Shown here in pieces: positions 56,294 to 64,000 of a DNA stretch of 64,000 bases. Source of the DNA: Narcine bancroftii. Taxonomy: Eukaryota. The DNA lies in assembly GCF_036971445.1 (NCBI RefSeq), contig NC_091475.1:3844001-3908000 (forward strand). Direction: 5' to 3'. The notes below the pieces were generated by a model. It had not been told where the DNA came from. It saw only the letters and a program-made list of their open reading frames with translations, and did no database searches. Positions within the stretch are counted from its first letter, which is position 1. The number at the start of each line of letters is the position of its first letter. The translations under genes were made by a program, and so were the position numbers.

Positions 56294-57279
56294 CACACAT
56301 GTCAAACTTTGGCCCGCGATATAATTATATTTGGCCCGCAAGATCATTTCAAAAATGTGTTAGAGGTGGCCCGCTGGCCGCCGCACCAGTATAGCGCATG
56401 CACAGTAATACAACAAATCCCAGAATGCATTGGCGTCAGCCTTCTAATTGCCCCCACCTCCTCTGTTTACGTTGCAGGGTCTCACCATGGACTCTGGTTT
56501 TGGGGCCTGGCCGGTGTCAGGGGAAGCCAAGGCCACTTCCCAGCGCCCGGAACCGGAGGCCTCGGGCCTGACCTCGCCAGGACCGTTGCCCACTCCCCCT
56601 CCCTGCCGCAGGCCGATCCACGACTCACGGTGACGGGGCCGCTGATCCGCCGAGATGCGCCCTGCAGCGAGAGCCGATGCCCCCGCACTGTGTTGTCCAA
56701 CCCGATCGCCCACAAACCCCGCCCTCCCGCACACAGGCCTGAGTAAGGATTATGAACTTTAATCTCAGGATAAAACGATCTTCCAATAGTTTCATGTCAC
56801 AGTGATAAATATATTCCTGGTTAAAAATGGTCCTGCACCTGGATACAAGCTCATTAGGCATAAAACTTGAAAAGTGTGTAAATCAAAGGATATCTGTACC
56901 AATGGAACCCTACTAGAGTTCATGCCCACAATCAGCCACCCATTGGATTGTTTCAGGAATCATGTTATTCTCCCACATTCTCAATAGCCCTCAGATTTTA
57001 CTATTCGACAGCACACTAGCAACATTTGACAAATCCTCTATAGAGAAATATTATTGATTGAATATTTTATTTCTCATTTGTTAATGCTTCTGGAAAGAGT
57101 TTATCCAAAACTATTATTAAACATTTATTTTAATAAGAAAAAGTTTAACATTACATATGTCGAAAGAAGAGAAAACATGCAGATGTTGTTGAAAATTTTC
57201 AATAAATATTTAGTTCGGCCCTCAGCTTAGTCCAAGTTTTTAATTTTGGCCCTCCGTGAATTTGAGTTTGTTACCCCTG
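56294..57279. mobile_element. Non-autonomous hAT (Charlie-like) DNA transposon, 8-bp TSD ATCTAAAG
   Basis: TSD at 56286-56293 and 57280-57287; ends cacacatgtcaaact / agtttgttacccctg; subterminal GGCCC repeats; GC-rich interior. Confidence 0.85.
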
Positions 57280-59148
57280 ATCTAAAGCATTAAGTGAAGT
57301 GACAGAAATCAGTGCACCCCGTCCTATGTCTTTACTTGCATAGAGTCATCTGTGTGTGGCTACCCAGAGATGGTTGATAGCAGGATCCTCTTTTAACAGA
57401 TATAGGTACCACTTGAATCTGCATCTACCATTGCTGGCAACTCCCGAAATTATAGCCTGCAAATATGCCTTAACGTGCTAAATGGTGCAATTCCTCTTGG
57501 TGATTTGCTGCAAACATATGAATTTGGTGCCTGCTTATGTTTCTGGTGTGCCCGCAAGGGCCAAGCTGATGCGGGTTCGTTGAACAGTGCAATCCCAGTC
57601 ATTGTTTACCAGCTGAATCCAACTTCCAGATACATATTCTTGCCCAAAAATCTGGCTATTGTGCAAAATTGGGTATCATGTAGCCAACATTATTCCATTT
57701 ACATAAGAGCCTCATTAAAGCATGAATGTGTCACACTTATTTTTTATTTTGGATGTTCAATATTTGACCAGAAAAACAAAACAGAAAAAGTGAAGGATAG
57801 ATCATAGAGGTGTTTACATGCAGTTAGATTTTTTTTGAGGGGTTTTGATTTACCAGAAGATTATGAGAGGACTTGGGTATTACTGTTAAGTTTCAACAGC
57901 TGAGTCAAACCTTTGTTTTTAGAATCATATTGCAGAAAAGTAATAGGGGAATCATTTTGCACACTTCATCCAAGATCTATGCCGATTATTTAGTGGTCTA
58001 ATGGATTGTGTTGCAGGCCTAGTCCTCTAAATCAGGTAATAAATCTTTAATAATAAACTTCATCCCTGGCAACCATGGCTAAAACTGTGAATTACAGTTG
58101 ACTTGCTTTAAGTCCATGTGAACTTTTTGTAAGCAGTGGGCTTTTGGCTTGTTTCCTTTGCTAAGCTGGTAACTGGAACTTTTATTCAATGACTATCCAT
58201 CAGGCTATTAAAGAGTTCACTGTTGGACAATTAGTATAAAACTGAAATCACTAAGGATGTTAAAAGGAAGAAGAGAAAACACAGGCAATATTATAGTTGA
58301 AGAAGCAAATTGTGTGAAGAATAATTTTGAAGTTACACTCCTCTTAATTCAGTGAGATCTGATAGTCAGCGGAGTCTGGAAGGCCAGTGATAAGAAGATG
58401 GGCTTATACTGCAGTGTTTAGAGGGAGGAAAATTTGTGGCCCTGAACACAGCAAAAGTGTGTCTTCTGTACAAATATTGAAATCATAAACAGAATTATTT
58501 TATAAATATTTAATTTAATCTAGTCTACAAAATAAAAGCAACTGAGTTTTATTTGTTATTAATATTAATTTATTCCTATAATTTTGTAAAGTTATCCTTT
58601 TGAAGGATAACTTCATTTATCCTTTTGAAAATAAGGTATTGCATAGATCTATAGTAATCTAAGGTTAATGACCTTGGAGTTTCAATGTTGCATATAGATG
58701 TAAAATTAACTTATTCTGTGGTATAATTTCATTTAGTCTGTGTGGCTCTTCATGTTCCACAGCTACAGTGACCTCCCTATTCTTTATAATTTACACATTA
58801 GTCATGTTCTCTTTGCACTTCTTCCTTCAGACAGAAGGAAGAAGTCTTGAGGCCCAGCACCTCTTCAAAAGCAGTTTCTTTCCATAGATATTTGACTATT
58901 GAACCTCCACATGTTGCCCGAATCATAACCCTGCAACAAGTTCACCAAAGACTGATAGACATGTTCTATGGCCCAGCCAACTCTGACTACATATTATTTA
59001 TTTTCTTTGCTTTCCCTTTTACATTTGCTTTCTTCCCAGTGGCTTAATGATTCCTGGAGTTGCGTTGGTGTGTTTTAACTAGAAAGTTAAAGCAGCAAGT
59101 TAGCCCTTCATTACATCTGTCTATTACTTAAGTACAGTATATATCAAT

Positions 59149-60922
59149 CTTTTCTTCTTTGGCTTGGCTTCGCGGACGAAGATTTATGGAGGGGGTAAAA
59201 AGTCCACGTCAGCTGCAGGCTCGTTTGTGGCTGACCAGTCCGATGCGGGACAGGCAGACACGATTGCAGCGGTTGCAAGGGAAAATTGGTTGGTTGGGGT
59301 TGGGTGTTGGGTTTTTCCTCCTTTGCCTTTTGTCAGTGAGGTGGGCTCTGCGGTCTTCTTCAAAGGAGGCTGCTGCCCGCCAAACTGTGAGGCGCCAAGA
59401 TGCACGGTTTGAGGCGTTATCAGCCCACTGGCGGTGGTCAATGTGGCAGGCACCAAGAGATTTCTTTAGGCAGTCCTTGTACCTTTTCTTTGGTGCACCT
59501 CTGTCACGGTGGCCAGTGGAGAGCTCGCCATATAATACGATCTTGGGAAGGCGATGGTCCTCCATTCTGGAGACGTGACCCATCCAGCGCAGCTGGATCT
59601 TCAGCAGCGTGGACTCGATGCTGTCGACCTCTGCCATCTCGAGTACCTCGACGTTAGGGGTGTGAGCGCTCCAATGGATGTTGAGGATGGAGCGGAGACA
59701 ACGCTGGTGGAAGCGTTCTAGGAGCCGTAGGTGGTGCCGGTAGAGGACCCATGATTCGGAGCCGAACAGGAGTGTGGGTATGACAACGGCTCTGTATACG
59801 CTTATCTTTGTGAGGTTTTTCAGTTGGTTGTTTTTCCAGACTCTTTTGTGTAGTCTTCCAAAGGCGCTATTTGCCTTGGCGAGTCTGTTGTCTATCTCAT
59901 TGTCGATCCTTGCATCTGATGAAATGGTGCAGCCGAGATAGGTAAACTGGTTGACCGTTTTGAGTTTTGTGTGCCCGATGGAGATGTGGGGGGGCTGGTA
60001 GTCATGGTGGGGAGCTGGCTGATGGAGGACCTCAGTTTTCTTCAGGCTGACTTCCAGGCCAAACATTTTGGCAGTTTCCGCAAAGCAGGACGTCAAGCGC
60101 TGAAGAGCTGGCTCTGAATGGGCAACTAAAGCGGCATCATCTGCAAAGAGTAGTTCACGGACAAGTTTCTCTTGTGTCTTGGTGTGAGCTTGCAGGCGCC
60201 TCAGATTGAAGAGACTGCCATCCGTGCGGTACCGGATGTAAACAGCGTCTTCATTGTTGGGGTCTTTCATGGCTTGGTTCAGCATCATGCTGAAGAAGAT
60301 TGAAAAGAGGGTTGGTGCCAGAACACAGCCTTGCTTCACGCCATTGTTAATGGAGAAGGGTTCAGAGAGCTCATTGCTGTATCTGACCCGACCTTGTTGG
60401 TTTTCGTGCAGTTGGATAATCATGTTGAGGAACTTTGGGGGACATCCGATGCGCTCTAGTATTTGCCAAAGCCCTTTCCTGCTCACGGTGTCGAAGGCTT
60501 TGGTGAGGTCAACAAAGGTGATGTAGAGTCCTTTGTTTTGTTCTCTACACTTTTCTTGGAGCTGTCTGAGGGCAAAGACCATGTCAGTGGTTCCTCTGTT
60601 AGCGCGAAAGCCGCACTGTGATTCTGGGAGAATATTCTCAGCGACACTAGGTATTATTCTATTTAGTAGAATCCTAGCGAAGATTTTGCCTGCAATGGAG
60701 AGCAACGTGATTCCCCTGTAGTTTGAGCAGTCTGATTTCTCGCCTTTGTTTTTGTACAGGGTGATGATGGTGGCATCACGAAGATCCTGAGGCAGTTTAC
60801 CTTGGTCCCAACAAAGCTTGAAAAACTCATGCAGTTTGGCATGCAGAGTTTTGCCGCCAGCCTTCCAGACTTCTGGGGGGATTCCATCCATACCTGCTGC
60901 TTTGCCACTTTTCAGTTGTTCG
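59149..60922 (-). mobile_element. RTE-clade LINE, 5'-truncated, uninterrupted RT frame (560-aa ORF 59209-60891), TSD ATATATCAAT
   Basis: [40 protein letters not shown] motifs; endonuclease domain missing; TSD at 59139-59148 and 60923-60932. Confidence 0.97.
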
Positions 60923-62193
60923 ATATATCAATAAACTCATATTAAATATACAAACATGTAGATGTCTTTTAGTGTAGGCCACTTAGCCGTGAAAAATGCT
61001 TGACGACTTATTATTGTTTTATGTGTTTATGGTTGTTTAAAATGATAAATGCACCTTATTGAAAAAAGTCTGTATTTTAAGTCTTGGGTTATAATTGAAT
61101 TTCCTTATAATGATCAGCACGTTGGTGAATCTGTCCTGTTTGCCTCAAGATCTTCCCAAACCCCAAACTGCTACTATAATCTTAAGAAATACTCAAAAGT
61201 GTTGGAGAAAGTCAACAGGTTCCACAACATCCAGAGGAGGTAACGAAATGCAACCAACGTTTCGGGCCTGAGCCCTTCTTCTTATGGGACCTGATGAATG
61301 TCTCCAACACTTTAGTGGATTTACTACACTCATAGCTTGTGCAGACTTTCTTGTTTCACAACTATCATCTTAATTTGACTTTATATAGATCTTATTTTTA
61401 AGGAGTTGAACAAGAAATTTGCAGATGCTATGGTCAAGTGCTGCCGAAACTCAGCAGGTCCTGATGAAGGGCTCGAACCCAACACCAAAGTGGCCTTTAA
61501 CTTCCTGTGGACGGTCTGCTAAGTTTCCCCAGCATGTTTGTGTCTTGTACCTGATTTTTGCTCCTCACTATTCCTTTAGTAATTTACTCATTTTTTTCCC
61601 ATTTTCGCTGCAGCTTTATCGCGAATGCTCAGGGTTTCCCTTCAAAACTTGTTTCGTTTGAAGTCAAAAGGTTGTACATTTGTCTTCAAAGTTATTAAAG
61701 TGGCAATTGAACTTTGAATGAGAAATCTGGTTGTATTGCTAAAACAAAAGACAAATTGACACTCAACTTTATTGAACTCTTTTTAAAACTCATTTCTGAA
61801 TTCTTCGATTTACTTCTCCATCATTTCTTCACTGCTGTTGCCACATGTACATTCTACCATTTTCCAATTCATCCATTTCACCTCAACACACAGTCAATTA
61901 AGGGATTTCCCCCGACACCTCTAAAGTAAAAGTAAATGCCAAGAAGTGAAATTAAATCAAAAATTAAATCTATTTAGATGCCTTCATCAGATTTGGGCAG
62001 ATTGAAAGAGCACTTGGCATTAGCTTTTACTTTTAATGTACAATTTTATGTATTTTCTTATCCCCCCTCCCCACCCCCCCCACTTCATCCGGAATTTTAG
62101 AATGCTGCTGTCAAGGTACAAGTTCTGATTGAGCCTGAATCTGGCTGAACTTTTCAAAAGTTTCCCTCCTTCTGTTTCTTCGTAGTGGATAAT

Positions 62194-62211
62194 TGCTCCA
62201 CCTAGTGGTCA
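62194..62211 (-). promoter_or_regulatory. Candidate CTCF motif
   Basis: Minus strand TGACCACTAGGTGGAGCA is close to the CTCF core; motif match only. Confidence 0.35.
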
Positions 62212-62571
62212 ATAAATGAGGCAAGCAAGTATTTACATGCAACTTTGGTTCAATAGTGTTCACCTTTACAACAAGTTCCCTTAAATCAACATAGTGGTAT
62301 TTTTGATGATATGCACATCTGTTGGGACAAATTGCACCAGATGCCGACTAATCTGGGTGTCAAGTGAACACTGCATGGAACTAGATCATAATGTGTTTTA
62401 GATCTCATGGCCCCTGTGACTGCCTTATTATAGGGTCAACAACTGGAGTTGGTGGATGACCTCAAATATTGGAACAAAAAATTCTGAAGGTGTTCTGGGA
62501 TTGAGTGTACACTTTGCACTGATCTATCAGCACTGGCTCAAGCAGTTCGACCCAGTCGATCATCTGGAGTT

Positions 62572-63174
62572 CTTTCTTTTCTTTGGCTTGGCTTCGCGGA
62601 CGAAGATTTATGGAGGGGTAAATGTCCACGTCAGCTGCAGGCTCGTTTGTGGCTGACAAGTTTGATGCGGGACAGGCAGACATGGTTGCAGCAGTTGCAG
62701 GGGAAAATTTGTTGGTTGGGGTTGGGTGTTGGGTTTTTCCTCCTTTGTCTTTTGTCAGTGTCTGCGATCTTCTTAAAAGGAGGTTGCTGCCCGCTGAACT
62801 GTGAGGTGCCAAGATGCACGGTTTGAGGCGATATCAGCCCACTGGCGGTGGTCAATGTGGCAGGCACCAAGAGATTTCTTTGGGCAGTCCTTGTACCTCT
62901 TCTTTGGTGCACCTCTGACACGATGGCCAGTGGAGAGCTCGCCATAGAACACGATCTTGGGAAGGCGATGGTCCTCCATTCTGGAGACGTGACCTACTCA
63001 GCGCAGTTGGATCTTCAACAGCGTGGATTCGATGCTGTCGGCCTCTGCCATCTCGAGTACTTCGATGTTAGGGATGAAGTCACTCCAATGAATGTTGAGG
63101 ATGGAGCGGAGACAACGCTGGTGGAACTGTTCGGCTCCGAATCATGGGTCCTCTACCGGCATCACCTATGGCTC
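62572..63174 (-). mobile_element. RTE LINE, 5'-truncated with a 5' inversion (63127-63174), TSD CATCTGGAGTT
   Basis: TSD at 62561-62571 and 63175-63185; the last 48 bp are RTE sequence in opposite orientation. Confidence 0.93.
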
Positions 63175-63420
63175 CATCTGGAGTTACTATTTTCTATCTG
63201 GGCCTCCTCCAACCAGATGGCAAAACATTGCTTTCCATTAAACCTGCTTGCCTCTTCTTCCCCCTCCCACTTTTTTGTTCTGATGCTAGCAGCATATTCT
63301 GCCTTTGCTACATAAAGGTCACTGTTTGACCAGCTGAGTTTCTCCAGCATTTTATGTTTTTACTTTGAAAGTAAAATTGCTTTACCTCAGTGGTTTTCAA
63401 ACTGCCTCCCTGCACCCACA

Positions 63421-64000
63421 TTCTTTCTTTGGCTTGGCTTCGCGGACGAAGATTTATGGAGGGGTAATGTCCACGTCAGCTGCAGGCTCGTTTGTGGCTG
63501 ACAAGTCCGATGCGGGACAGGCAGACACGGTTGCAGCGGTTGCAGGGGAAAATTGGTTGGTTGGGGTTGGGTGTTGGGTTTTTCCTCCTTTGCCTTTTGT
63601 CAGTGAGGTGGGCTCTGCGGTCTTCTTCAAAGGAGGTTGCTGCCCGCCAAACTGTGAGGCGCCAAGATGCACGGTTTGAGGCGATATCAGCCCACTGGCG
63701 GTGGTCAATGTGGCAGGCACCAAGAGATTTCTTTAGGCAGTCCTTGTACCTTTTCTTTGGTGCACCTCTGTCACGGTGGCCAGTGGAGAGCTCGCCATAT
63801 AACACGATCTTGGGAAGGCGATGGTCCTCCATTCTGGAGACGTGACCCATCCAGCGCAGCTGGATCTTCAGCAGCGTGGACTCGATGCTGTCGACCTCTG
63901 CCATCTCGAGTACTTCGACGTTAGGGGTGTAAGCGCTCCAATGGATGTTGAGGATGGAGCGGAGACAACGCTGGTGGAAGCGTTCTAGGAGCCGTAGGTG
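63421..64000 (-). mobile_element. RTE LINE 3' part, running off the window
   Basis: ORF 63476..63904 differs from the 59209-60891 copy at only 2 of 142 aa; inserted next to a CAGTGGTTTTCAA hAT-like end at about 63388. Confidence 0.95.

Noticed and set aside
56309-56746. GC-rich ORFs / second CpG island
   Set aside because: Interior of the TSD-flanked hAT element; no transposase or other domain motifs.
58763-58850. Phase-compatible acceptor giving N-Y-S-D, like matriptase YSDP, as candidate exon 17 of gene B
   Set aside because: It continues as HVLFALLPSDRRKKS*, a decayed Rex1/Babar motif, with no W..LG or DIAL; the true exon is probably beyond the window.
59209-60891. 560-aa ORF as a host gene or autonomous element
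   Set aside because: A 5'-truncated RTE copy with TSD, lacking endonuclease and promoter; the ATG is an internal Met.

Overview
AT-rich vertebrate genomic DNA. The repeat content (CR1, Rex1/Babar, RTE, fish-type L1, Penelope, V-SINEs) points to a cartilaginous fish, probably a ray; this is inferred. The window holds two head-to-tail matriptase/ST14-family type II transmembrane serine protease genes on the + strand, mostly missed by the ORF track and rebuilt by hand from splice sites. Gene A (355-8533) contributes only its last four protease-domain exons, with an intact H/D/S triad and a K|IVGG activation site. Gene B starts in a CpG island (proposed ATG at 11401). Its 16 phase-compatible exons (2045 nt, open frame) encode tail-TM-SEA-CUB-CUB-4xLDLa and the start of the protease domain (R|IVNG); its last three exons lie beyond the window. 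Gene B has a shortened CUB1, a degenerate LDLa3, a GC-AG intron and a possible in-frame alternative donor. The introns carry many transposons: six young RTE copies (one with a twin-priming-type 5' inversion), solo LTRs with 5-bp TSDs (one with a triplicated DR4/TATA module), hAT and Tigger-like elements, a tRNA-Thr-derived SINE and Penelope remnants with hammerhead-like motifs.
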